From Epiperipatus broadwayi (Eukaryota; Animalia; Onychophora), in assembly GCA_028023455.1 (NCBI GenBank), contig JAQFVV010000008.1:12028001-12092000 (forward strand): DNA of 64,000 nt, in the 5' to 3' direction. Of the stretch, positions 51,030 through 64,000 are shown piece by piece (the stretch's first letter is position 1; each line of letters starts with the position of its first letter). A program made the position numbers and the translations under genes. The notes beneath the pieces are model-generated. The model did no database searches. It was not told where the DNA came from and saw only the letters and a list, made by a program, of their open reading frames with translations.

Positions 51030-52899
51030 GTATATAGTTATTCTTGCATATACTCAGAAAATAGCACCTTCCTAGACTACTTTATTTTTATTTCAGCTCA
51101 TTTTGCTAATACTAATACTGTTATTCATGAAGGAAAAAATGAGTGATGTATGCATCAACTTCTCCACTCTGGTTATCTCTTGTGAGCAATTTCAATATAT
51201 ATATCTTTCCACAATTTGTTCAAATATCAGGATTGCAAATGTACATTATGTATATGACTAATCATGTTCTACTATGGTTGCTAATCAATGATATTTTCAG
51301 TTAAGAGGATAAGTCACTAGTTTTATTTTTTCCCCACCATTCTTTTAAATGTCAAGAGTTAATATGATTTGCTTGAACATGCAGTTCAACAATTTTCAAC
51401 AGCCACTTGGTTCATATATATATCAACATTACACATTTCCAGTGATCTGTGGGATCTCTGTTCAACTCCCTTTATTTTCTTTTTTCCGTCCTTCTAAATA
51501 TCCAAGTGTTGTTTGGCTACCTGGCATATACAATTCCATAATCTTCAACAGACATATGCTTCGGATGTTTATACCCAACATCATTTAAGTCTCTGCATAT
51601 CTCCTCACTTCTTCAAGTATAACCAATAAGGAGAAAAGTAGTGTTTCCTGATATTTCAAAGTACTATCAGCACTGATGACTAGCTAAATTGGTCTAATCT
51701 TTAATTGAGTTCACTGCATCCAACATCATAGATTATAGAATCATATTTTTTTGTCTGTCTTTATCAAAATATCTTGAAGTCCATTCTTTTAAAATAAACT
51801 GCTATGGCTTTTCCTGCTTTGATTTATTGTTCTGATATAATCTATACTGATGTTTTTCCTCCAATCTCTTATCCTTTCATCAGATTCTGTTGAAAATACT
51901 TTCAAAAGTATGTTTCTCTTAACTAGTTAATATGGTTCTCTGCTTCTAATGTGTTTCAAAATATATTAAAAGTTTTTATCCAATTGTTAGCTTTAATTAT
52001 CTCTTGGTAGTTCACTTATTAGCTTTTATTAGCTCTTGTTTTTTTAGAAAAAAAAAAAAAAGACTTTAGAAAAAAAAAAGACTTGGATAATTAAATTTGT
52101 CAGTATAATATTTGAATTTTAAAAATATTCCACATACTAAAGATATAATATATATGCTTATATAATATTCAGTTATCTTTAATATAATTAAATATATATA
52201 TATATTATAGAAAAATTAGTGCTAACACAATATATTTTATATAAACTTATACATTTAATATTTATAGTTTGGACTGACCTATATGTTTGTAAGCTGTCTT
52301 GATTCCGCCCCATATCATAGGGATGGATATTCCAATTTTAGTATTTTGCAAACATTTACAATAATTGATTTTTAATATTTTGTTTTATTTAAGTGAAGTA
52401 AATGTCTATTTAAGTTTCCCAAATATATATATATTTGGATACATGTATGTATTTAATCATCCTTTTATTTGTTAATTTCTTTTACTGTGGGAAAGGATAT
52501 TGATATATTTTTCAAAACTACATTAACTTTCTAATTTCTTATTATATTTTTATTTTAACTTACACTTATCTACCTACCTTGTGACCCAATTCATGGTCAT
52601 CATAATATAATTTTTAATAATTACTCTTATAAGCATGCTCAAGAAGGTTAACATCTGTTATATTTCAACAACAATCTCTCTTTACGGTGTGGTAAATAAT
52701 CCTTTGCTAGCTACTGCTATCATAATTGGTGAAGTGGATTAAATATTGAAAAATATTTTAAAATAGTCAGCAAAGTTCAATTGTCTGAAGCTATTCTGGG
52801 GTAGATATTTTAACCAGCAATTTGAGCTAAGACTTAGACTAAACTGTTGTCTTTTTTCAGGCCTAATTTATATTATGTATGCTTTCATCAATGGAGTCC

Positions 52900-53600
52900 A
52901 AAACACTCAGATTTAGAATCTTTTACCACTTCTTTTTTAAAAGTCTTCTCGGTGTGTGATTTCTTGGATGCCTGAATTTGGATTTTCTCTTTTATAGCAT
53001 CATTACAAATGTAATTTTTTTAAATCATCCATTTTAGGTTCCTTAACTAAATTAACCCCTTATTTATTTCCTTTTCACTTTCAATTTTTCTATTCTTTCT
53101 ATTATAACTTGCACACTTACTGCATTTTTTTTCATTGAACTCAGTAGATCTTTTTTTTTTCTACACACTCCATTTTCTGTAGTACTTATTCTGTGTTTGG
53201 CCTGCAATTTCCAACCTCATGCTCCTTATAGTTTCTTGTACCACTTTAAGCTTTTCTTTTATTTCTTAATAAATTTCTTCCAATTTTCTATCTCTTATTG
53301 CTTTTTTTAAAATTCATTCTTTTTATTATTGTTGTTTTTCTTCAAATTCTAAATCTCTTTTATTGCTTTTCTTCATATTCTCATTGCATGTCTTTCATAA
53401 TTGCATGCAACATTTCAGAAGTAAATTTGCCTGGTTATCTCTTCTGAAGGCATTTGCATTGTCAGATTTGATTCTTGTTCTTTCAGCTCTGGTGCTGTTG
53501 GTTGTAGTGGTTCATGTTTTGCTGATTGTTCCATGTTTAATTATGATTACATCCTTTTCTCTTATATTCTTGTTGATTGTCCTTATTACAATTTTATTTA
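52900..53600 (-). pseudogene. Possible very decayed gag-like coiled-coil coding remnant
   Basis: Purine-rich minus strand with short open stretches (MEQSAKHEPLQPTAPELKEQ...) and an ENP-like motif near 52975. No diagnostic domain. Confidence 0.25.
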
Positions 53601-54976
53601 TTCTCTTTTTTTTTTTTTTTACAGATTTGCTATAGACTTAAATATTTTATTTATATTTTATCATTAAATAAACACACCAGTCTTAACCATTTCTATGCAA
53701 TCTCCTCCAATATAGTGTGATATACCCGCATTAATTATCATTTTTATCTAAATATTTTGCCGCTTTGCACTTCCTTTTGCGTAATTAGATTCAAACTACT
53801 GCGTTAATAAAATGATAGAATATATATATAAATTGCTGATCTTACTTCTCATTTCAAACAATTTTAAAGTTAATTTAGACACACATTGCATGCCTTATAT
53901 AATATCATACTCCATTGTATGTTCAATTTATTCATATTTTATATTTGGTACAATATGTAAGTGCACAGAAGTAGGTACACTTAATATAACTATTGCTCTA
54001 GCACTAAGATTAAGTGTAATTATTTCAAAAATATTTTTAGTTTCTAGATTCAATTTAAAATTATTCTTGAGGTTTCAAGTTTTCTTCTAGACATCTTGAT
54101 GCCATTGATCATCATTGTTTTAAATTATATTGTTATTCCTCCATGTTCCCCAATGGATTGCACGATTTTTCAAGGTTAGGGGATATTAGTGGCATATGTT
54201 TGGAATGAGTTCTAAAACAATAAACTAAATTAATTAATAAATAAAAAAAAAGTTAATTTATTTACAATAAATAAATAAAATATGAAATCATCATGTCTAC
54301 TTTTGCAATGGCTATCAGATAAATACAATAAAAATATTGAAAAGAAGAAAAATAATAATTATAAATAAAAAAAAATTTTAATGTTTAAACCACAGTTTTC
54401 TGCAAATATTATACGTTAATGATATATGTGAACATCTTTAACAATAGTCCTTAGCAATCCCGTTCTGATTGTGATTATCCTCTTCAGATATTGATGATGA
54501 TAGATAGTATATATGATAGATTTTACAGCAGAGTCCACTTCTTTTCTTATGGCATGGTTTTTTTTAAAGCAGGTAATGTAGTCTATGCTACTATAATCTT
54601 CATCTCTGGAAATGTTTGCTTAGTTAATGTCTTTTGGACTGATGTATTTGTGGTTTTTGTAGACAGCTATATTAATTAATCTAGGTATTGCCATCATAAT
54701 TGCTGAGATGGAAAGAGTATTGAAAAATACTTTAACATAGTCAGCAATGTACAAATATCTGAAATTATAATAAGGGAGAATGTTTTAATCAGCAGTTTCG
54801 TCTATTTTCATGGAATCACTTTGCACTGCTTCTTGCATCAAGACTTAGACTAGACTATTGTTTTTATTTTCAGACCTATTTATATGTTCTTGCAACATGT
54901 TTTTCATAGTATTTTCATATTTTATAATTATTTTACAAATTGTATAATAGAAAAAATAGTTTTTGTTTTTTTACAA

Positions 54977-56054
54977 CAGGAGTGGGAAACCTTTTTTCTG
55001 CCAAGGGTCATTTAGGTATTTATAATCTTACTCGTGGCCACACAAAATTGTGAACTTAAAAATTAACTTCCTATATTTGATGAAAAATTTAATTAATTTA
55101 TCTCTAATCATTAACACTGGGCAACCTTTTCATCTGTCAGGCCAATTTCAACTTTCCCCTTTTAAATGAGGACCATATATATATATATTTTGTATTAAAA
55201 ATAAAATAACATCATTATTATTAATGACTGTTCTACATTTAATTACAATTTTTCCAATTTGCCTTGAATCTATTATCTGTATCATATATTCTTAAATTTC
55301 TTTTTATGTTCTAGACAGGTTAATTCTATAGCAGCTAGGATGCAATTTTCTATAAACTCCCCTTCAGAAAATGGCTTTGAATTTTTGGATTTTTTTTTAA
55401 ATAACTTTCTCTCATAGAATTTTCTGACTTGTTTGTACTTTTTATAAAATATGTCAGCTACTTGATGAAACTCCTTTTCAAGTTTTCTATTTTAATATTT
55501 CTCCCAAATAATTTTGCTAAATAGAGTCTCTTAATAATGTGTACTTTATTAACTGGAATACTTTCCAGACATATCAGGCACATTGATTTATTATTTTTTA
55601 CTATAAAAAAAAATATACGTCTGTCCATTTTTCAAATACACAATTTTTTTTTGTCAATTTTTCTTATCTTATTCCTGTAACCATCCTAATAAAAAAAAAT
55701 TAAATGTAAAATAATAATAAAATTTAGTAAAACTCGAGTTTTATTTTTTCTAGTTGTACATTTGTCTGCAAAAGTCACTATAAAAATAAACAAAATGGTC
55801 TCAGCATTGTAGATTAAACCTGTAATCAGATAGGCCACACAATATAGATTATTTGTTAGAATATTGCACCTCTGATAGAATGAAAAAGGTTGAAGAAAAA
55901 AAAAAGATAGTTGAGAAAATAAATATATTTGCACTACACTAAATAAAAGTTTTACACAAGTCCATTATATATACATTTGTGAAAATGTCTGTGAGTTGAA
56001 TTGAGAGCTTTCAAAGTTGGATTTTGCCTTTGGGTTGGAGGTTCCCCATTCTTG
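54977..56054. mobile_element. Non-autonomous hAT-like element (~1.08 kb)
   Basis: Imperfect TIRs CAGGAGTGGGAAACCT / AGGTTCCCCATTCTTG; degenerate 8-bp flanks TTTTACAA / CTTTACAG; second copy at 8560-9246. Confidence 0.6.
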
Positions 56055-57129
56055 CTTTACAGTAATGACTGGAAAAAAGAAAAATCATGACTGAAATTTG
56101 AAATTTATTTTTTCTTTCAGTGCTTTATAATTTTTAATAATGTATTTAGGTTCATTGTTCAATTTTTTTATTAGAAAAAGCAATTATTTCTTTGAACCCT
56201 CATCCAACAAGCAAATTTGAAAAGATTACAAAGTATATATTTTCTTAAACTATGCGAATCAAATTCATTTGTGTGCACTAAAACTAGTTTTTACCTCTTC
56301 CCTTGTGAATTATTATATCAATTATAATTTTACAAAATACATTTCTTTTATTAAATATTTAATAGCATGATGAACTGTAGATCTAATTCCCTTTAATTTC
56401 TTAAATCAGTGTACTTAAGTTATGCATATATTATATCAAGTGCATGCACATAAACATGGGAGTCTATAAATTTATTAATCACTATCAGGGATTGTAATAA
56501 ACTTTTATTATTATTGACCAGCTTTGCAGTATAACTAATTTGGGCTGCTATTGGCTTTGTTTTATTAGAATATATTTGTTTAAAGGATTTTTCTAAATCG
56601 GTCATTTCAATGCAATTAATTCTAAATATTCTCATGAGTAAGTTGAATTTGCAAAAATATATTCTGCAAGATTCAGAAAATGAGGAATAAACAATAGCTA
56701 AATTGCTGCAAGAGTTCATTCAGTTTCTAATAAATAGAAACAAATTGGAATTCCGTATATTATTATTTCTCATAATTTTAGTTTATTTCAAAATTTAATT
56801 GTCCTAGCAAAATAAATGCATAATTTGATTTTAATAGTTAGAGTATAAAGCTACCCATATATTTACACCTAATTCTATTTTTATCTGATAGATTGAGTCC
56901 TGAAAATTATGTGTAAAAGAAGTAGTGTAAAAAAATACATTGTATATATGGAAAATTAAAAGATTGGTTCCAGATCTAAAAAATCAATGAAAATAATGAA
57001 ATAAACCATATGAAAAATCTTGTTAGAATTTTATCTTTTTTGTGTGCTATCAAATTTGATTTCATAAACATTGCACATAAATAAAAATGAATTATATGAA
57101 CATAAAAACTGAGCAGAATATGCAATCTG

Positions 57130-58170
57130 AGTTATACATATTTTATTTGCTTTCACTTTCTGACAATAAATGCATACGTTTGCACATGATTGCAATATCA
57201 CTGCTATCATTAAAAGTGCTTTGATTATCATGTTCTTTGTCCATAGATAAGTTCTTTCTGTGAACTGCTGAACAACATTAGCAGTAACGTTTTGTGGTAT
57301 TGATGTTACAGTGGTTTTATGAATGGATTCAGTTATTAATGGTTGGGTTTGTATTGTGGCTAAGCCTTTATATAATTCTTTATAAGATGATATTAACGAT
57401 ATCAGATCACGTTGAAACTTTAAAGTCCATTGCTCATTAGTATCGTACTTGACAAAATGATTATCTAATTTAACTAGATCAAAATCTTCTTTAAATAAAT
57501 TTGCATTTAAAACTGGATCCTCATATTTATTATCACTATTGTTTGGGATTGGGAGTTTTAAGAACAACCTCTGTGTTTTCATCTTCACTTTGGGCTATGT
57601 CAACCAACAATTTGTCAATATCTGCAGATGATAGATTATTAAATCCTCGACCAATTAAGCAGATCATTGTTATGATGTTGGGAAATTTGGTGGTATTAGG
57701 GATGACGGGATCCTTGCTTTTGACACATTCTGCCCAATCACAGTTGATGGTCTTAATTCACACAATCCATAATCGAAAATTTCTTCCACCCATCAATGAC
57801 AGTATTTTATCATTCAGTTGGTCCAAAACATACTGACATATTCGTTTTACGTAGAAGTTTTAAATGTTGCAATAATTCCTTAGTCTAGTGGTTAAATCAA
57901 GGATGTGGTATTAAGCAGAAGAAATCAAAATTGCACATTTGGGTGTTCCAAGATCAGATGGCTGTGGGCATTGTCTAGAATCAATAGAATTTTAAATTCT
58001 AGACCTTTAGCATTCATATATTGTCAAACTTCTAGGACGAAACATTGGTCAGTACCTGGTATCCGAAGCCTTTTTATTTGCTATACAGTGAACTGGCAAT
58101 TTATTCAAATCATTTTTCATTGAATGTGATCTTTGGGTTCAATTAACAAGTAGAGAGAGAGTTCAATATA
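57130..58170 (-). mobile_element. Decayed pogo/Tigger DDE transposase remnant
   Basis: Minus strand NKLPVHCIANKKA, CFVLEV, KILLILDNAHSH...HPNVQF*FLLLNTTSLI*PLD*GIIATFK matches the Tigger DDE_1 consensus (LDNAPGH...LPPNTTSLIQPLDQGII). Confidence 0.85.
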
Positions 58171-60700
58171 CAATCTCTTGTTCATAAACAGCTGAAATTC
58201 AGTTAGTATGAGTATTGATTTATATATTTAAAATTTTTTGACCCCTAAAAGAAATAAGTTGTTATCTCTATGAAAATATAAAATTTGTTCATATTTTTAC
58301 AAAATTTAAATACTATGGATTTTTCATTGTCTGAACATGCTTTATTTTTTTTAATTAACTTTATTATCAGGTTGGCAATAGGAACTTGTACTTTGTTTTA
58401 AGATTGCCATGACTAAAGTATATGAAGAAAGATAAATTAATGATAGTTTTAAGAAAACTGGATCTTTACCAGTGATATGTCGATGCTGTTGCAGATTAAT
58501 TAGTTCTCTTGAATGAAGGTGTTCATAGAGCATTAACATGTAAAAAGTTGCATCATATTTCAGCAGTGCATAAGCAATGAACCTATTGAATATATTCTAC
58601 ACTGTTTATAAAATATGCATAATTTTTACACTATACTGTGTAATAACTTCTTGCTAATATCTAACCAGTGTTTGCTTTGATGTTTCCTGCTTAATCATAT
58701 GAAGTACCAAAGCTTATTTTTATCTGAATTGCATTGTCAACATCTATAACAATCTCATGACTTTCAGCATATTCTTTAATAGTCACCAAAAGTCCCAATA
58801 TGATATTTAATTGTATCATTTATCATTAGTCTATAATTTTTTCAAAGAAAAAATTTGAATTAGGTTTAGATATCTAGATACTTAAGATTGGCTTAGATAT
58901 ATAGAAAGACAAGTAAAGGAAATGATGGACCGCTTTTTTCTTGTAAAATTCTGTCTTGTATTTACAGTTTGATCGTTATCTAGACAGCTATCATAACATC
59001 TGATTGGCTGTCAAATAAGTATTATAATAAGCATGTAAGATTTGCAGTCTTTCAATTTGATATCAAGAATTGCTGCACAGGTTTTTGAAATAAAAAGTTT
59101 TGCAAGATGGAATTTTCTCACAGTGATTTGTGAATACTGTTATCATTATAGCATTAGTTTATATCAGCAGAATTGTTAATCATTTATTTTAGTAACATGT
59201 CTACCTTATTTTACTAATCTAAAAAACTTTTATAGTACTTGATTGAGGACTTCTCACTAGTCTGATCCACCAGCACTTCATTTTTAATTTGACACTCTTG
59301 AAAACAAAAACACAATGCAGAAACAAATTAATGGACACTATTTGTGTTGTTCTCTGACGGATGAATTAGAACATCTGACAAAAAGCATTTTATTAATATC
59401 TGTAATTTATGAATATTAAGTTCTTTCTCTTATAATTCAATAAAGAATATTATAACCAAATGATGATACTTAACCAATTTTTTGAAATTTTTATTTTCTA
59501 AAAGAAAAAAAAACCCAACAGAAATAGTAGAGATTTATCATACTTTTATTCGAATGTATTTTTTTAAAAAATTCATTTCCATAAGTTTTTCAATTTAACT
59601 TATTTTGTAAAAATTGTATTAATTCTATTGTTTACAGGAATAACATAGTATTATATATTTACTTTTATGATAATTTTCATTTAAAAATGAATGATACAAT
59701 AATAATTCTGGTCTTTGTAATTTTTAAATTAATCATTAGCAAACTAGAAATTAGAGATTAATCACATTTATAAACAAACAAAGATATATTGTGTTGCCAA
59801 GTCAAGTAATAATCTTGGTTTTAGTTGACGTTGACTAACAATTGAAACACGTTATAAATAATTAAAAAATAACCTTGGAAACTGGTATGTAACTAAATTT
59901 ACCATGACATTAAGTTTATAGTAGTTTTGTTTAAATGTCGGATAAGTATTGTTTTGCATCAGTTACTTTATAAAAGAATTAGACCATAATGAAAATTGTT
60001 CATGTTGCTAATTGGATGTTTCTAATTGAAATGATTGATTCCAGTCATTTATTCGAAATACATGATTTTTTGATAAAATAACTGATAATGTTAGTTCCAA
60101 GTATTTTATTCAGATTACATGATTTATTAGATAGACATTATGTATAGCTTATTGCAACAAATATTTAAAAAATGACAATTATATACAACAAATTTAAAAA
60201 TCTATATTATATATTCTTGCTATTTTGCTAAAATTTCTAAATGTCTACTAAGTCTTCTGAGAATGAATATTTATCATACCTTGTCACAAAATAAACATCC
60301 TGCTATATGAATTGTTATTTGGATCTTTATGGCCATTATTACTCTGATATCACTGCACTATATGAATTCTTAAGAAAAACTTCACTGTTCTAACTTTAAT
60401 TCTCTTAAACTTTAAAAAAGTTTTAAAGTCTTTTCATTCATTTTTATAATTGATCAATTTTTTAATTATTTTTTTTAATATTATGATCTCTAAATTTATA
60501 GTGCTTTTATTGCTTACATTATGTCTGTTAATCAGAAAGTTTATTTATTTATTTTCTGCTCTTCTAAATGTTTTTTTTTTTTTTTTAAGAAAAAAAAGTC
60601 ATATGTTGATGAATAATCAGCAATAAAAAAGATTTGGCAGGTTTACAGTCTTTAATTGAAACTTGCATAATGCAATATAATTTTTAACAATCTACTAAGC

Positions 60701-62324
60701 CAGCGTTTCCCAACCTTTCTTGGCTCATGTACCACTTGGTAGTACATCATGTGAAATTGTACCACTTCATAAAAATGATTGTATTTTGTGAAATTTGTTA
60801 TTGCAAGTGTGTTATTTTATTTGCATTATAAATATTATAGGGTGACCATATATGTATTCACATCTCATAATGAGACAAATTACATTGAAACATGCCTAAA
60901 CATCATGCCAGATTATAAACTCACTGTAACATATTTATATGTATGTGTCTGTTCAAAGTTTCATATTTTTTCCAAAATAATTTATTAAAGATTACATTAT
61001 TACATTAAAGGTTATTTGGTACATATTTTATTCAAAGTGTTTTCTCATTCCTTCATTTGGTTTTCAGAATTTGAGTCTCTTTTCTCTTTTTTGGAGCATC
61101 TTGCTATTGGTTGGGCCATGGAGAGGATAAATCCAGCATGTCCCAAGTCATGGTAAAAATAACCTCAGAGGTTATCAGGCAATCTCTTGTTCTTGTTTTC
61201 TTTATATTGTTCAGTATGAAGTTAATAGGATTAAAATTTTGATGATTAAATACTAGCTTACATATAGAAATCCACAATAAATGAGCAAGAATTAATGAGA
61301 GTCTAATTTCTGGGTATGATCCTTTTCTGATACATTCTTTCCAATTAAATAATTTAGATTGATTTGCCTTGATCCGACTCATTATTTATCTACTATTTTG
61401 TCATATTTCGTTTACTAATAAATGGTTTTAATAAAAACACAAAATTATAAAAAAACAATTAATATATTTTCTTATCATAATCAAATATTTTTATAAAATA
61501 AATTTAATGAGATATTTGTGCTTGTTTTGAACAACATATTTTTTTGAAATTTGGTTCAAAAGATGCAAGGTATATATACTCTTAAGTCTACAGCTGCGTT
61601 CAATCTGTTTCGATACTTATTTTTTTTAAAAATATATGAAGAAAAAGCTCTTCCTACTAATTTTGTATTAGTAAATGGTAATAACAATTTAAGAGCTTTC
61701 TCTGAAAGTTGTTCATATTCTTTAATGTTTAACCAAAAATTAATTAGATTGTGTCGTTTGAATTCTACTTGTAAAGTTCTGTCACGTGATAATTCTATTA
61801 AATTTTCTTTATCCTTTATTGATAATGGTGTGGCTTTTTCTAAATTTTCTGCATAGAAGGGGTTTGAAATCCAATTATCATTTATGTTTTCGGGTTTTGG
61901 AAAATATTCCATGAAAGACAATTTTAATCCTGTTAAATGTGCTATTATATTTTCTCGTATTTTTTGAGATAGACTAACCTTATTTTCAAACAAAAAAATA
62001 TGTAGAGTTTCGAATACTTCCAGTTGATTGTTTTCGATACTTATATATATTACTGTTTCCAAAAATCTAATTTTTTAATCATACTTTCAATTTTATCATT
62101 AACATTAAAGATCGTTATCGACTGTACATATTAACAACTTTACTGTATAATATTATTAATTAAAATAATTTTTATGAATTATAGGAAAAAACATCTCTAT
62201 GATATTTTTATGATTTAATTTTTTTTTTTTTTAATGTTCGCCATTATTGATTATTTTTCGTGTACCACCAACCAGCAACTCGCGTACCACCAGTGGTACG
62301 CGTACCACAGGTCAGGAAACACTG
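60701..62324 (-). mobile_element. Internally deleted hAT (Charlie/Buster-type) transposon with perfect 8-bp TSD
   Basis: TIRs CAGCGTTTCCCAACCT / AGGTCAGGAAACACTG; TSD TACTAAGC at 60693-60700 and 62325-62332; subterminal GTACCAC repeats at both ends. Confidence 0.92.
61556..62062 (-). pseudogene. hAT transposase C-terminal (dimerisation) fragment
   Basis: WISNPF...LIELSRDRTL...FWLNIKEYEQLSEKALKLLLPFTNT...FS...KNKYRNRLN, as in SCAND3/ZBED8-like hAT C-termini. Confidence 0.85.
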
Positions 62325-62384
62325 TACTAAGCTATTGTGTTTGATTTTTATTATATAAATATATAATTCTATGGTAATAATGTA

Positions 62385-62993
62385 ATTTGCTTATACTGAG
62401 TGTTTTTCATCCTCCATTCCATCTCAATCAACCGATACACATAACCACACATGTGAAAAAGATACATGATCCCCAATATACATATTTTGTGCAAAACCAA
62501 CATTCATCAATTGGGCCAGATCATAATCTCTCACATATATATACAATCAGTGTTCAGTTTATATTAAGATAGTAATAATTCCTCAAACTAATCAACAGGC
62601 TTCAGTCTTCTCCCAACTTAATATAAGCCCAGTCCATCCCTCTTCTATTGTCCAATAATATGAGGGGTTAGATTGACGTAATGCCTCCATGGGTCTGACT
62701 ACAATATCGAATCCAGTGAGGCTTTGAGCTTTCCATCGTCAATTTTTTATTGGAAGGATGAGAAGATTGAAGCCTGTCCATTAAAGTTTGCAGAATTGCT
62801 ATCTTGATATAAACCAAGTACTGATTGTATATATGTGTGGGAGATTATGGTCTGACTCAACTGATGAATGCTGGTTCTGTACAAAATGCATATATTGGGA
62901 ATCATATATCTTTTTCGCATGTGTGTGTTGTCATGTGTATCGGTTGATTGAGATGGAGTGGACTGAAAAATTCTGAGTTTAAATTCCTGTAAT
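62385..62993. repeat. Head-to-head inverted pair (~230-bp arms, ~140-bp spacer) of hammerhead-bearing repeat family B
   Basis: 62385-62614 is the diverged reverse complement of 62758-62993. Each arm has a decayed core: CUGAUGA at 62861-62867 (+) and UUGAUGA at 62504-62510 (-), with GAAA mutated to AAAA in both. Confidence 0.8.
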
Positions 62994-63479
62994 TATATTA
63001 TATGAATAGTTTGTTTTGTGTTGAGGAGTCCAGAAAATAGAATCTAAAAATGATAATAAAATGCATCTGGATAGAGAATACTCATAAAATAAACAGAAGT
63101 TAAAAGCATTTTTAGGATTAATTTTTATAGTAATATATATAACTGAATCCAATTGAAAGCATGCTTAGCACTTCATAATTGTTTACACTAATAAAGCTTT
63201 GCTCTTAATATGTTGTTTGTATCTTTTACCTATAATATTCAAATAAAGATAAAGAACAATGCTAACTAGAAATTTTGCTTTATCTTAGAAAGACAAGAAA
63301 TTTATTGATGTTAAATCTAGCAACAATAGATAATTATAATTATCACAATTAAGATAAAGCTAAAAAAGTTAGAATTAAGATGATATAAAGAAAAAAAATA
63401 AATAGTGTTGAAAAAAGAGTATTTATTTCTTTACAAAGAAACTTAATGGTAAAATTAGAATAGAAATGTAGAATTATAT

Positions 63480-63990
63480 AATAATAAAAATTGATAATGG
63501 TAAAAATGAGATATAATTGCATATTTGGAGATATAAGAAAGCTATTTGATACAAATTAATTATATCTGTAAGATATTTTCAAATCATCCAAGTTTCCATT
63601 TTATTCATTCGAATGCAGTAATTAAGGAATTTTATGAGAGTCTTTAAAGAATGAAAATTTCATTTTAATGTATGATCAGAAATTTTAAGACAAAATTGAG
63701 AATTCCATATGTTGATGATTCAAGTGTAAATAATAATAGATATACAATAAATATACAAGAGAACAGATTATTTGAGTTTTTAAAAAATGTTTTTTTGGAC
63801 CAAACATAATAATATTACAGTGAAATAGGTTTTATTGTTTAGATTAATTAACAAAAGTAATGATGCAAAATGAAAGAAGAGCTCATGTTATGAAAGACAT
63901 TTGGTATTTTAATCAACTATTATATTTCCAAAAAGAAGCCAAAGCTTATTCACGAGAGTATCAACTTTTTTTATGTAACTATAAATTTGA
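63480..63990 (+). pseudogene. Possible very decayed LINE RT fragment
   Basis: GDIRKLFDT at ~63528-63555 resembles F.DIRKAFDT; otherwise heavily degenerate. Confidence 0.3.
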
Positions 63991-64000
63991 CTTTCGAGCA

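Noticed and set aside
57031-57836. Host protein-coding ORFs (185 aa and 111 aa)
   Set aside because: They overlap the frameshifted 3' part of a decayed Tigger/pogo transposase or its antisense strand.

Overview
Strongly AT-rich eukaryotic genomic DNA from a draft assembly (27-N gap at 6704-6730); an invertebrate, probably an arthropod, is my inference. Only one host gene is supportable: two + strand exons (15178-15868 and 43803-44338) join in phase across a ~28-kb intron. They encode a degenerate macrodomain followed by a C3HC4 RING and the start of a Deltex C-terminal (DTC) domain, i.e. a DTX3/DTX3L-like E3 ligase. Its first and last exons were not found in the window. The rest is layered mobile DNA: a full-length but inactivated Ty3/Gypsy element with 2.7-kb LTRs, two solo LTRs plus a third candidate (all four LTR insertions have ATAT/ATAC 4-bp TSDs), and decayed Gypsy, LINE, mariner, Tigger/pogo and hAT copies plus minisatellites. 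The most notable signal is non-coding. A ~419-bp tandem array (5336-7154) carries a minus-strand type I hammerhead-ribozyme fold in each complete unit, with a palindromic stem III, a compensatory base-pair change between copies and a non-canonical U at core position 9. This is the architecture of a retrozyme-like or Penelope-associated self-cleaving, possibly circRNA-producing, element. Two further, unrelated hammerhead-bearing repeat families occur (7720-7778 with an inverted pair at 62385-62993, and a palindrome at 13641-13852). All folds and alignments were done by eye; none is computationally or experimentally verified.
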